Positions 28,901-38,267 of a stretch of 64,000 bases of DNA are shown here, in pieces (the first letter of the stretch is position 1; the number at the start of each line of letters is the position of its first letter). The notes below the pieces were generated by a model, which worked only from the letters and a program-made list of their open reading frames with translations, was not told where the DNA came from and did not search any database. Source of the DNA: a virus. A program made the position numbers and the translations under genes. The DNA lies in the IMG/VR virus record IMGVR_UViG_3300000117_000009, positions 32,001 to 96,000 of that record. The stretch is one strand, 5' to 3'.

Positions 28901-29179
28901 TATTACGTAATGCTGCATAATGTAATCATATGTACTTTTTCTGATGGTGATCCAGATGAATTTGAAACTGTTTTAAATTTTATCATCAATGACATTGATG
29001 ATAAAACAAATTTAAAAGCAATGGAAGCATTTGTTATGAACAATTATAAAACATTAATGACTGCAGCAGCAAACGTTAAGAGTAAACTTAAAATTGAAAA
29101 TAAAGAAGTTTTTTATAAAAATAGTCTAGCAAGACTTTTGTTTGAAATGTCATGCAGTGAACTAAACTTTAATAATTAA
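25934..29179 (+). CDS. Large tagged protein with Ala/Gly-rich hydrophobic segments (possible internal/ejection protein)
   Basis: SLSKMLFE at N-terminus and SLARLLFE at C-terminus; IVPLLAAIPGALATAG and GIGAIGAGAAGTAAL segments. Confidence 0.6.
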   Translation: MQHSLSKMLFEDQDPAKDLMVDITKARAVLKENRHILKENYDYSDEEINCLIESGRLDEIVPLLAAIPGALATAGRVAGAAANTGIKIAANAAKSTAQAAATGVRIAAQTTVKAAKEVGKQAGKTIIKKGKNMAVDAASNLKDKISSEEEEEESTSEAIEEALKTFSLKGVNILNEENISSSASQGDKEGDQKDAEEGDQKDAEETKKSDEEKKSDEEKKSDEEKKVGDTLDISDLIAEKSISHANIIKIAKRSLENIKNQQNIVNMRKEFSRYDIENLSEEETEKLKEYIEKLQDDHPEGMIDRSNFKSFLTKPHPQPVIGKAIINPLQMRSGADQKIAVDPADIKFYQKNKIIPFMINYQTQEGLQTLSGHSQKNDYVVVFIAPAFGALLNEKDVETYKAFFPNYSAEVNLGEGHVVIDCDEIAFMYVDPVKELPKLQTSFMSKAQEILNRTETRKSDGKPSEQAVSQETQDSSSGKTNESIYNKFIYQGGISQLLNEKNSSLDVLKFVNVAKNEKPQDFDEASYQSSWENSMLAEKSINVIRDSYSSYLQVQKEEYEEKQDKDSQEKAGMIGNFIQAGGNITKGSTQAFGLYATIGSIPGIGAIGAGAAGTAALTMLPYVIGLSVAMPALTKGASLGAKAYTSFTSRKREKELNKSELDDQIKIVLKQQTQDVGFNSIGDEVQKLDTVFSSIKQKFTNEKYYAEDGKGVDSDSEDYHKISTRDFMKVCNKKQLSFTEISDFSGSEKKQSVFTDFLIGCNKALNVIDIEIDEVAGMEIQTKTGKDNLLQREIDFDNKPILKEVVETMMKEVEKFPAVTFRDRMMKSGIIARLKLGELEAAQKMIEDLQSSRWSARSEKVLKPKENETEEEVLSDMSEFLNIPKENIANEFESSRIMPITSSMIEAIIALQSVVYKNMRLSLSKPLDEQNFKIDQDIKIVDSIEKEKQNTVMWNGAEKIAYMILPKNDFEIPKGLNLKGDNAQSFQDLYYVMLHNVIICTFSDGDPDEFETVLNFIINDIDDKTNLKAMEAFVMNNYKTLMTAAANVKSKLKIENKEVFYKNSLARLLFEMSCSELNFNN
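26498..26605 (+). repeat. In-frame tandem repeats: 24 bp x2 (EGDQKDAE) and 18 bp x3 (KKSDEE)
   Basis: gaaggtgatcaaaaagatgctgaa x2; aaaaagtctgacgaagag x3. Confidence 0.9.
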
Positions 29180-29222
29180 ACAGTACTTCTATAATTAGTG
29201 TGTATATTAGGAGATTAAAATT

Positions 29223-29771
29223 ATGAAACTTGACAGCAAGTTAATGCTAAAGCTTTTAAAAGAAGAATACGACAAAAGAATAAACTACTATCTTGGTGAA
29301 GTTGAAACTAGAGCTAAACATAGTCAAGAAGACGGTGAATTGGTGCAAAATGCGAGTGGCTTAAAAGTTAAAGATAGAGCAGGAAACGTGTTTGTAATTG
29401 ATAGACTTGAAGAGCCAGAAGGAGGTGAAATATTAGTTTATTTAATTCCTCCAGGTAGAGAAGATTCAAACTTAAAAATACAAACACCTTCAGCGCCTAT
29501 GAATGATGTTAGAGAGGATAATCTAAGCCAAACTTATAGCTCATTAGAAGTTAATGAAAAAGAAGAAAACGAAAAAGAAGGCAAAAGAAAAATCGATGAT
29601 AAAAAGCCCGATCCTATGAAAAGCGGAGAAATAATCAAGCCAAACCCAAAAGCTAAGACTAAAAAAAGCTTTGACATAAAATCAAATGTTGAAAGCATAG
29701 ACTCTTATGAAGAGGTTAACGGGAGAATAGTTATAACATTAAAACAACTAGATAAGGACTTTACACTATGA
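29223..29771 (+). CDS. Hypothetical protein (tagged)
   Basis: AGGAG RBS; LMLKLLKEE. Confidence 0.6.
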   Translation: MKLDSKLMLKLLKEEYDKRINYYLGEVETRAKHSQEDGELVQNASGLKVKDRAGNVFVIDRLEEPEGGEILVYLIPPGREDSNLKIQTPSAPMNDVREDNLSQTYSSLEVNEKEENEKEGKRKIDDKKPDPMKSGEIIKPNPKAKTKKSFDIKSNVESIDSYEEVNGRIVITLKQLDKDFTL

Positions 29772-30484
29772 ATAAACTAGAAGATATAATCAGTAAAGCT
29801 GTGAGTGATACTTTGCAAGAAAAAGGTGTTAACAATCATCATAATAAAAAGATAGAAAACCTTAATGAATCATATGTAACGCAAGTTGGAAGCTTTAATT
29901 TGCAAACTGAACTTCTTTCTTCAAAAACTAAAAAAGCACATCAACAACTTTTAAAAGGCTATGTAGAAACATTAAACAAAATTTCAGCAAGTTTAGACGG
30001 TGTTGACAAGTCTTCAGCAAACTTAAACATGTCTGCTTTTCGATCTCTTAAGATAGATGAAACATACAATCATAATGCTGCTTTTCTTCATGGTTTGTAT
30101 TTTGAAAACATTAGCGACTTAAGCAGTAATATTTCTGTTGACTCTTTGGCTTATATGCGACTTTCAAGAGACTTTGGCAGCTTTGATGCTTGGCAAGAAG
30201 ATTTTGTTGCTTGTTGCTTGTCAGCTAGAAACGGTTGGGCAATAACTGCATATAATACTCATTTGCAAAGATTTGTTAATACAGTTGTTGACTTACATAG
30301 TTTAAATGTAATGACTGGTATTTATCCAGTTATTATTATGGATTGTTGGGAACATAGCTATTATAGAGACTATTTAAAAGATAGAAAATCATATGTTTTT
30401 GGTATGATGAAAGAATTAAACTGGGAAGTAATAGAAAATAGAATTAAAAAAGCTGATGCGATAGCAAAAATAATTAAAGGTTAA
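29768..30484 (+). CDS. Fe/Mn superoxide dismutase with N-terminal extension
   Basis: KAHQQL, NAAFLHGLYFEN, FGSFDAW, GWA, DCWEHSYYRDY, LNWEVI. Confidence 0.88.
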   Translation: MNKLEDIISKAVSDTLQEKGVNNHHNKKIENLNESYVTQVGSFNLQTELLSSKTKKAHQQLLKGYVETLNKISASLDGVDKSSANLNMSAFRSLKIDETYNHNAAFLHGLYFENISDLSSNISVDSLAYMRLSRDFGSFDAWQEDFVACCLSARNGWAITAYNTHLQRFVNTVVDLHSLNVMTGIYPVIIMDCWEHSYYRDYLKDRKSYVFGMMKELNWEVIENRIKKADAIAKIIKG

Positions 30485-30487
30485 AAA

Positions 30488-31315
30488 ATGAAGAAGTCAT
30501 ATAGTAATAAAGTAACGCAAGGACTTAGAAAAAATAAAATTAATTTATCAATTTTATTCGAAGAAGATGACAAAGACGAAAAAAAAGGTGATGACACAGG
30601 TGATCTTTTTAGTGACGACAGCTTTAAAGATGATGAAAACAAAGAAGATAGTGCTGATGATGTCTCTAAAGATGATGCTGATCCTAAAGAAAAGCCTGAA
30701 GGTGATGAAAAAGATCCAGAGCAGGATACTGCAGAGCTGGATGAAGAAAATTTAAACAATCTTAGCGATCAAGTTTCTTATATGAAAAACTTTTTTGAAA
30801 AAATAAAAAAAGACGACGGCACGTCTTCAGTTGAAAACTATATTTCTTCAGCAGTTGCTTCAAACATTAATGCATCAGCACTAGCAAAATTAACAGCAAG
30901 TTTTTTACGTAAAGGAAAAAGCATTTCAAGTTTCTTAATGTTTGAAGAAAAAGCAGACAAAGAATTAGAAAAAGTTGAAGCTGAGCTGGATGATATTGAT
31001 CGAGTCCTTACTAAGGGTAGCGAAATTGTTGATAAATTCAAAAAGGGCAAAGATATTGACATACAAGGTTATGTTGACGCTGCTGTTAATGCTTATAAAA
31101 ACTTTGACAGCTTATTTGCAAAAGAATTAATTGTCAAACAAGCAACAATCAATGTTTTAATATTGAATAGTGGCGCAAAAGCTGAAATGAACATTAGAGA
31201 ATTTGAAGAGCTTTTTCATGAGGAGTTACATAAGCAATTCAATATTGAATACGAAGAGCATGCTTTAATAACACAAAAAAATGACACAGCTGCAGGAGCC
31301 AAGTCACAATCTTAA
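30488..31315 (+). CDS. Acidic hypothetical protein
   Basis: NLSILFEE and SISSFLMFEE motifs with an acidic linker. Confidence 0.6.
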   Translation: MKKSYSNKVTQGLRKNKINLSILFEEDDKDEKKGDDTGDLFSDDSFKDDENKEDSADDVSKDDADPKEKPEGDEKDPEQDTAELDEENLNNLSDQVSYMKNFFEKIKKDDGTSSVENYISSAVASNINASALAKLTASFLRKGKSISSFLMFEEKADKELEKVEAELDDIDRVLTKGSEIVDKFKKGKDIDIQGYVDAAVNAYKNFDSLFAKELIVKQATINVLILNSGAKAEMNIREFEELFHEELHKQFNIEYEEHALITQKNDTAAGAKSQS

Positions 31316-31330
31316 TTTAGAAACTATTTT

Positions 31331-31627
31331 ATGAGAAAAAACAATAAACAAGTAAATAAAATTGTCAACAATAAAACTGTCCATGTCGAGCTACCTGGGC
31401 AAGTTCATAAAAAACTCAGAGCACTATTATTTTTAAATGAGTTGTCAATGCAGAAATTTTTTACTTTAATGGCAGAAAAATATGTTTTAAACGACAATTA
31501 TTTACATGATTTAGTCAATAAAAGAGTTGATGAAATCAAAGAAAATAATTTAAATAAACTTAGAAATATAGACGAGAAAGACTTGTATGATGCTATTGAA
31601 GAAAATTCTCCCTTTAAAAGCAATTAA
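31331..31627 (+). CDS. Possible ribbon-helix-helix DNA-binding protein
   Basis: KTVHVELPGQVHKKLR...LSMQKF pattern. Confidence 0.5.
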   Translation: MRKNNKQVNKIVNNKTVHVELPGQVHKKLRALLFLNELSMQKFFTLMAEKYVLNDNYLHDLVNKRVDEIKENNLNKLRNIDEKDLYDAIEENSPFKSN

Positions 31628-31874
31628 AAAAATAATAAATCAAAATATTGTTTTTAAAGACCAGATTGATAAACTTGAAGATGATCAAGTAAGAAGCAAT
31701 GTAGAAATTATTAATTTAAAAGAAAAAATTTTACTTCTTGAAAATCATAACAAACATGTTGTTGCAGATACTTTAATACTAGCACAAAATTTAGCAACAA
31801 TATATTCAGTACTTAACGAGCATAATGAAATCATAAAAGACACTGAAATAGTAAAAAAGATAACATATCACTAG
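31587..31874 (+). CDS. Coiled-coil hypothetical protein
   Basis: Heptad-like ORF. Confidence 0.5.
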   Translation: MMLLKKILPLKAIKKIINQNIVFKDQIDKLEDDQVRSNVEIINLKEKILLLENHNKHVVADTLILAQNLATIYSVLNEHNEIIKDTEIVKKITYH

Positions 31875-31922
31875 CTTAATTGCATTCAATATAATATTTA
31901 TAAATAAAACGTAGGCGCAATT

Positions 31923-32339
31923 ATGAAATTAGTTAAAAAAGACGATCTTAGAAGATTAGCAAAGTATTCTTTGTTTGAAAACAATATTAATGAATTAAGA
32001 CTTCCTCTTGATCATGATATGGATGCTTATAAAAATAATTCAACAGGTGCACTTGATCAACCTGGGCCTCAAATTGACGGTGACGGTAATTATAAAAATA
32101 CATGGGAGTCTGAAGAAGAACTTCCTATATCTGCTGATGAATTGGTTAATAACCAGTCACTTATTAGAGTCGATTTAAATATTGACAATTTAAATAAAAA
32201 AAATATTGTTCCTACAAATGTAACAGAACTTTCTGCTTTAATACAGACTACTTTTAGAGACCTAGGACAAAACGACTTGAGTCAAAAAGAAATAGCAGTT
32301 ATCTGGAAACTTATATCAAAAATAACAAGTAAATTGTGA
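31923..32339 (+). CDS. Hypothetical protein (tagged)
   Basis: DLRRLAKYSLFENNINE. Confidence 0.55.
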   Translation: MKLVKKDDLRRLAKYSLFENNINELRLPLDHDMDAYKNNSTGALDQPGPQIDGDGNYKNTWESEEELPISADELVNNQSLIRVDLNIDNLNKKNIVPTNVTELSALIQTTFRDLGQNDLSQKEIAVIWKLISKITSKL

Positions 32340-32345
32340 GAAATT

Positions 32346-35300
32346 ATGTCTAACAAACTATTAAAAAAAAGAGTTGAAAAACTTTTAGAGCTCAAGTCTA
32401 ATGAATATAAAAGAAAATATTTTTTATTATCAAAGTTTTCTGAAACTGATGTTAACTTTTGTAAAGAAAACTTTAATAAATTTAAATGTTACATAAAGAG
32501 TTTAAACGAGTCAGCAGGTAAATTTCCAAGTACCAAAGCAATTTTAAATCTTTATGAAAATCAAATATTTGTTGAAACAAAGTCTAAAGCAAAGTCGCAA
32601 AAAAATAGAATCAAAATTAAAAAAGAAGTTAATCTTTTTTACACTCAAGATATTGATAGCCATGAAAGTGTTTTAAATAGCTTACTTGAGGGAATAACAC
32701 TTAAAAATAAAAGGCTTGATAACAAACTAGAAGAAATAATTCTAGAGTCAAATTTAAGAAGCATAAGCTTGCTAACCGAAGCTTCGTATGCAAAAGGAAG
32801 TGTATTAGATCTTACTAATTTATTTACTGATATTAAAGATGTCCCAGCAGAAGATCTAGCTATGATTTCATCTGAAGATGATGACAGTTTTAATGATGTT
32901 GAAGATGATCAAGCAGATACTAGCGCTAGTAAGGTTGAAAGAACAACTAGTAAAGTTATTGATATATTTGCACCTATTACTGGTGGTAAAGATCCTAAAT
33001 CAGTTTCAAAAAAAGAGTTAGCTTCAATGCTAGGTTTTGAAGGAAATGGCAAATACAAGCCAGGTCAAGTAGGACCAGTGCTTTCAGGTTGGGACAAACT
33101 TGAAATGAATATTTTAAGTCAAATGTCACCTTATGGTAGAAGCAAAGGAATGTCAACTGTTGCTCAAAGAAAATTTTGGATTATAGAGTCTATTAAACTC
33201 TGTCTTATGCTTGAAAAGCAAGCTAACTATTTTTTAGGTTTATCTGATCAAGAGAAGTCTAGACTTACTCTTTCAAGCGATGAAAAAGTAAAAGTAGGAC
33301 AAGTCGTTTCAGAAATGAGACCAAGAGGAAGAAATTTAAGTGATAGTGAAATTAGAGAAATTACACAAAGACTCCAGAGCATTTTATTGCAAGGTGACTT
33401 TGACCTAGAAAGACAAGAAATTAAAGAATCAGATCTTGTTACTTTACTTAAAAAAGCATCTTACACTAAAGGAAGAAATATAGAGGCGTTAAAAGCAGAA
33501 CTTGACTTTATGTATCCTTTACATGATACAAGGCCTGACTTTGAAAAAGTACCGATGCAGTCTGATCAAGAACGAAAAGAAACACAAGACGAGGTCGAAA
33601 GTTACTTTGCACAAAAAGATGTTGAAACAAAAGAAACTTATGCCGATGAAATAGACGAAGAAACCGGTGAACCTCTTTACGCTGATGCTGAGCAGATTGA
33701 AAAGATTAAGTCACAAAATGCTGTTATTGTTAAAGACGAGTTAATTGATGAGATCATTAAGACACCAAGTATTAACATGACTGTAATAGAGTTTCAAGAA
33801 TTTATGAAGCAAGTTGACAAAGACGTCACAAGATTAAGACAGCTTTCTGATAAAACAAAAGACAAAGCAAATCCGGATATATTTAAAGAGTTTGAAACTG
33901 ATAGTGCAGGTAATATATTACCTGATATAGAAGCTATTCCTGATATTATTCCCACTGAAGGTTTAACTGAAGCTGAAAAGGAAGAAATGGCAGATATTAT
34001 TATTCGTCTAGGTCAAAAACAAAAAATATCAATTATTAATTTAGACAGACGAGGTGAAATTTACGACGAGCTCTGTGACAAAGCAGTTTCAGTAGATGAG
34101 TTTATTTCGTTTAGAAAAGGATACGGACTAGATAGTTCTGATAAGCCTATGTCTTGGGAAGACATTGCTCGAGCTTCATACGGCAAGTTTAGAGGCGGTC
34201 AAGCTAGCAGACAGTTTGGAGTTAAGACTTGGTTTAGAGGAATGTTTTATTCGCTTTCACCTGAAAGTAAGGCAAATATATATTCTTTCTTGGCAGAGAG
34301 ATGGTATGATAGACTAAAAGTTTTAGATCTTATTGATGATAAAGCTTTTGCAAGAATACCTTCGAAAACTGGAAATCCTGCAGAAGATAAAGCAGTTTCA
34401 GCTTCTAATCTTGAAAAACTTAAAGATGCAGGCAAGTATAAGAGATCAGATAAATTATCAGCCATATCAGATACATTAGAAATGGTTTCTAAATACACAC
34501 AGCCTAGATATGTTAAAAGGTATTTTGATACTGAAAGAGATGACAGCCTTGACCTTGCTATTCAAGAAAAACTTGAAAGTCTCAAACAATTAGCATCTAC
34601 AGTAGATGAGTATGATTCAGTCTTAAAACGACTTGAAGCTGAAGATCCTGACACAGCTGCATTTGCATTAATGGACACAATGTTTAACGGTAACTCAGGA
34701 TTTAGAATGTTTGCAACAGGTATGCTTAAAGAATATTATAACGATATAATTTGGCCAAGTGCTGAAGCTGAGCTTGCATATGCAGTTAAACAATACTTTG
34801 ACACACATTACAAAGGTAGTAATATTGGTAAAAGTTTAATGCAAGGCCAAAACTCTGACAGGGTTAAACCAGAAGAAGGTAAAGAGTTGTTTAATAAAAT
34901 AATATATCTTGTTATGCAAAGAACTGGTATACCTTCAACAGGCGATAGATTACCAAACGTTGGCGATGGTAGAGCATCTCAGATTGAATATTTTAAAGGC
35001 GAAGCTGATCCAAGAGGAGATTTTGCAAAAGCTGTCATGAAGTTTAATGCTAAAGGTCACACAAATAAGCTATACGGAAGAACAGGCTCTACATATAATC
35101 CACTTAATAGATCACCTTTTAGTGCAGACGACGTTGATATGCTTCTCACTGACATGTTTAATCCTAACGGAATTATTGGTCAATCTTATGAAAAGTTAAA
35201 AACATTAACAAGCGTTACAGAAGGTGATATTATTGCCTGGCTTGGTGATTATCCTGAAGCAAAAATTGATCAGGCAATAGTCTTAGGAATGTCAATGAGT

Positions 35301-35519
35301 GATTTCTATAGAAAGAATGATGTGGATCCAACAATCCTAGAAGTAATTGAAGGTTTAGGGAAAGATACTAAAAAAGCATTAGAAGATTACAAAAAACAAT
35401 TTAGAGGTTTATTGCTTGGAAAAGATTTTGCAGATTATTTAGATTATGAGTTTGGTTTTGAAACTTTAGATCCTAAATCAAAAGGCTCTTCTAATCCTGG
35501 CGGCAAGAATTTTCAGTGA
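32346..35519 (+). CDS. Large hypothetical protein (1057 aa)
   Basis: Long ORF; N-terminal 145 aa contain repeated LxE sites (LNES, LLEG, ILES, LLTEA). Confidence 0.7.
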   Translation: MSNKLLKKRVEKLLELKSNEYKRKYFLLSKFSETDVNFCKENFNKFKCYIKSLNESAGKFPSTKAILNLYENQIFVETKSKAKSQKNRIKIKKEVNLFYTQDIDSHESVLNSLLEGITLKNKRLDNKLEEIILESNLRSISLLTEASYAKGSVLDLTNLFTDIKDVPAEDLAMISSEDDDSFNDVEDDQADTSASKVERTTSKVIDIFAPITGGKDPKSVSKKELASMLGFEGNGKYKPGQVGPVLSGWDKLEMNILSQMSPYGRSKGMSTVAQRKFWIIESIKLCLMLEKQANYFLGLSDQEKSRLTLSSDEKVKVGQVVSEMRPRGRNLSDSEIREITQRLQSILLQGDFDLERQEIKESDLVTLLKKASYTKGRNIEALKAELDFMYPLHDTRPDFEKVPMQSDQERKETQDEVESYFAQKDVETKETYADEIDEETGEPLYADAEQIEKIKSQNAVIVKDELIDEIIKTPSINMTVIEFQEFMKQVDKDVTRLRQLSDKTKDKANPDIFKEFETDSAGNILPDIEAIPDIIPTEGLTEAEKEEMADIIIRLGQKQKISIINLDRRGEIYDELCDKAVSVDEFISFRKGYGLDSSDKPMSWEDIARASYGKFRGGQASRQFGVKTWFRGMFYSLSPESKANIYSFLAERWYDRLKVLDLIDDKAFARIPSKTGNPAEDKAVSASNLEKLKDAGKYKRSDKLSAISDTLEMVSKYTQPRYVKRYFDTERDDSLDLAIQEKLESLKQLASTVDEYDSVLKRLEAEDPDTAAFALMDTMFNGNSGFRMFATGMLKEYYNDIIWPSAEAELAYAVKQYFDTHYKGSNIGKSLMQGQNSDRVKPEEGKELFNKIIYLVMQRTGIPSTGDRLPNVGDGRASQIEYFKGEADPRGDFAKAVMKFNAKGHTNKLYGRTGSTYNPLNRSPFSADDVDMLLTDMFNPNGIIGQSYEKLKTLTSVTEGDIIAWLGDYPEAKIDQAIVLGMSMSDFYRKNDVDPTILEVIEGLGKDTKKALEDYKKQFRGLLLGKDFADYLDYEFGFETLDPKSKGSSNPGGKNFQ

Positions 35520-35527
35520 GATAAAAA

Positions 35528-35869
35528 ATGTATTTACAGGATATTATGACAAACTACTTAAATGAAACAAATACTTCAATAATGAACGACTTTAATCCAA
35601 TAAACCCTAAACAAAGTGACTGGTTGATTGAAGAAAAAAGAATTGTTAAAACATATACTTTTAAAGATAAAAAATTTCTTGAAGCATTTATAGTTGAACT
35701 TATTAAATATAATAGAGAAGCAAATGCTGTCATAGAGTTTAGAGTAAAAGAAAATAAGGTTGGCATAATAATTCACGCTACAGCACCCCAGTTATCAGAA
35801 ATTGAATTTGAAGCTAAGTCTGATGTTGTAAAAATTAAAAAGGATGTGATGTATTATTATGCAAAATAA
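35528..35869 (+). CDS. Pterin-4a-carbinolamine dehydratase-like fold protein, catalytic His motif degenerate
   Basis: W...IVKTYTFKD...FI.E...LSEIEFEA pattern. Confidence 0.5.
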   Translation: MYLQDIMTNYLNETNTSIMNDFNPINPKQSDWLIEEKRIVKTYTFKDKKFLEAFIVELIKYNREANAVIEFRVKENKVGIIIHATAPQLSEIEFEAKSDVVKIKKDVMYYYAK

Positions 35870-36226
35870 TAACAACTTTTTTATAAGCGAAGAACTTTTA
35901 GATGTTTTTGATGAAAAGTCATTAATAGACAAAAAAGAAATAGATGAATTAGTTTATGAAATTAAGTCAGATAACATAAAATACAAATGCAAAGTAATTA
36001 AGTTCAAATCTTTAAAAAATCATAACAGAATTACTTTAAAGTCTAATTTTGATATCTTGTCATGTCTTTATTTAAAAAAAAAGTTAGTTTTGTTATAAGT
36101 AATAAAGACAATGTAATCGAAAAAATAGATATTGATTTTAATTTAAAAGGTTTGAATATTAAACGTAACAAAGATAATATTTATATTATAAAACTAAACT
36201 TGGAGAAAGTAAGCCATGGAGTTTGA
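35859..36226 (+). CDS. Hypothetical protein apparently split by a -1 frameshift at an A9 run
   Basis: ORF 35859..36098 plus an open -1 frame 36062..36226 (KKVSFVISNKDNV...). Confidence 0.5.
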
Positions 36227-36389
36227 ATTCGATAAATTTGTCAAAGATTTAGACAAAAGACAGGCAAATGATATAGAAAGACGTCGAGTTGCACGTCACA
36301 TTCAGGAAGAAGACGAGCGTCGTAGACTTCGAAACATGAATTATAACGAGAGATGGCAGAATAGAATTGTCTGGGAGGATAAGCAATGA
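36216..36389 (+). CDS. Small hypothetical protein (57 aa, not in ORF track)
   Basis: GGAG RBS; MEFEFDKFVKDLDKRQ...WEDKQ; stop overlaps the next ATG. Confidence 0.65.
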   Translation: MEFEFDKFVKDLDKRQANDIERRRVARHIQEEDERRRLRNMNYNERWQNRIVWEDKQ

Positions 36390-37024
36390 GTCACGAAGTA
36401 ATTAGCATGTTTGAAGAAATACTATCGGAGGTTAACTGGGCTGAAGAGCGGGACGAACAAATTTCAAATGCTAGACGACTTGATCAACATGCTGCTGACA
36501 GTACTGAATCATCTGTAAAGGAAGATACAGACGAAGAAACTGGTGAAGAAGAACCTCTAGATGATAGTGAATCGGGTGATGATAAGGCAGCTCCTGGTGA
36601 ACTCAAAATAGAAGATGCTTTAGAGTATGTTAAGCTTAAAGGACTATTGAACCAATTTAGAGCATCACGATCTTTTAAAGATCCAGAAGTAAATGTTGAA
36701 CTTAAAAAATATTTTAAAAGACTTTCAAATGCAGAAAAAAAAGTTCTTTATGTACTTATAAAAGGTTTAACACAAGTAACCTTATTAGACATTTCTGGAA
36801 AAACTGCTTTTACACCAGCAGACAAATCTATTAATGTTGCAATATCAAGCTCAACGTCAGAAGAAAAAGATGCTTCTAAAGAAAGAGCACAACAGCTTAC
36901 AAAAGACGAAGAAGACGAAGAAGAAATTAACAAGATTACAAATACTCCTATAAATATTGGTGGTAACAATAGAAGCGATGAATCTTTACAGGAAATATAT
37001 AATATTGTAAAATCAAATGCCTAA
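36386..37024 (+). CDS. Acidic hypothetical protein
   Basis: GGAGG RBS; MFEEILSE tag. Confidence 0.6.
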   Translation: MSHEVISMFEEILSEVNWAEERDEQISNARRLDQHAADSTESSVKEDTDEETGEEEPLDDSESGDDKAAPGELKIEDALEYVKLKGLLNQFRASRSFKDPEVNVELKKYFKRLSNAEKKVLYVLIKGLTQVTLLDISGKTAFTPADKSINVAISSSTSEEKDASKERAQQLTKDEEDEEEINKITNTPINIGGNNRSDESLQEIYNIVKSNA

Positions 37025-37997
37025 GCTAATATCTTTAGTCCAACCTTACGAAATTAAAAATATAAAAAACTTCCACCAGTTTCTTGTTTTTGCAAAAAAC
37101 TTAATTCGAATTATATGCACAAAAGGTTGTCAAGAAAAAGTTGATGGTGTACTTGTTCCTGTTAGATGGTCAAAAGAAAAAAAAGTTTGGGTTGTAGATA
37201 GAGGAACAAACCTTTTTAGAGACAAAGTAGGCGTTGATTTAAGCAATATTAAAACATATTACAGAGAAAACAGTGTTATGTATAACGCAGTGTCTTTTAT
37301 TTTAAACGCAGTTAACAGTTTACAAAATATAAATGTAATTGGTAAAGACTACGGTTTACTTAAAAACAGCAGTAAATTTATTGCATTTGAGTATGTAAAT
37401 CACAAAACAAACATTGTTGATTATGAAAAAGAATATGCTTATATATTAGGACTTTACCAGCGACATAATAAAAATAGAGATGTTTTTTACAATAAAAAGA
37501 AAACACAATCAACGCTACTTAGTCAAGACAAAGATTTTAAAGAAAAGTTTGTGAATGAAAATATAAACACGCCAGATTTTTTTAAACTCAATGCAAACTA
37601 TAGACAAGTTTATTTAGAATTTACAAGTGAAATACTAGAAAAGTACTTCAATAAAGAAAAAATTTCTTTTTACTATAAGGAAAACTATGCTTTAGAAAGT
37701 GTGTCGTCATTAAAAAAAATAAAAAAAGCTTATAGTTCGCAAAAAGATGTTTTATGTGATAAAAAACTTAATAGTCAAATGTTGAATGTTTATTTGAGTG
37801 TTTTTTTAGGAGATTTTTTAAAGAGAAAGTTAAGCATAAGTAATCAAGAAGGTGTTGTTATATACGATAGCGTATTAAAATCAAACGTTAAAATAGTAGG
37901 AAAATCTATATTACAAGAAAAAAAACAGTTTAAAAATAATTTATCAAACAATGAAAATGACTATAGTTCTTTCTATATGATCCCGAAAGCTTTTTAA
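37017..37997 (+). CDS. KxDG-motif (ligase/nucleotidyltransferase-like) protein, paralog of the C-terminal domain of 49229..52726
   Basis: QPYE...EKVDG...FEYV...IVDY...EGVV...KIVG. Confidence 0.55.
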   Translation: MPKLISLVQPYEIKNIKNFHQFLVFAKNLIRIICTKGCQEKVDGVLVPVRWSKEKKVWVVDRGTNLFRDKVGVDLSNIKTYYRENSVMYNAVSFILNAVNSLQNINVIGKDYGLLKNSSKFIAFEYVNHKTNIVDYEKEYAYILGLYQRHNKNRDVFYNKKKTQSTLLSQDKDFKEKFVNENINTPDFFKLNANYRQVYLEFTSEILEKYFNKEKISFYYKENYALESVSSLKKIKKAYSSQKDVLCDKKLNSQMLNVYLSVFLGDFLKRKLSISNQEGVVIYDSVLKSNVKIVGKSILQEKKQFKNNLSNNENDYSSFYMIPKAF

Positions 37998-38267
37998 TTG
38001 TTTAATGATATCCACGAAGATCAGTTTCAAGAAATTACGTCTTTGGTAAAAGAGCTGACCGAGTTTTATTCAGGAGATGACTGGCTGCTTATTAAAAAGT
38101 ATATTTTAAGATATTCTAGACCTGAAACTCGTAAAAATTTTTCAACAAGAAATAGCAAAACTAAAAAGCACACGCTAAATAAATTTGAAATTAAATTAAT
38201 AAATTACTGTGAGTCTGAATATAATTTACTATTAAAGTTACATGACAAAGATAAACATTTTGAATGA
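37998..38267 (+). CDS. Hypothetical protein
   Basis: Operonic ORF. Confidence 0.5.
   Translation: MFNDIHEDQFQEITSLVKELTEFYSGDDWLLIKKYILRYSRPETRKNFSTRNSKTKKHTLNKFEIKLINYCESEYNLLLKLHDKDKHFE

Noticed and set aside
25895-31905. Late-promoter motif ATA(T/A)TTA upstream of tagged genes
   Set aside because: It recurs before several genes but is too AT-rich and short to distinguish from background without statistics.
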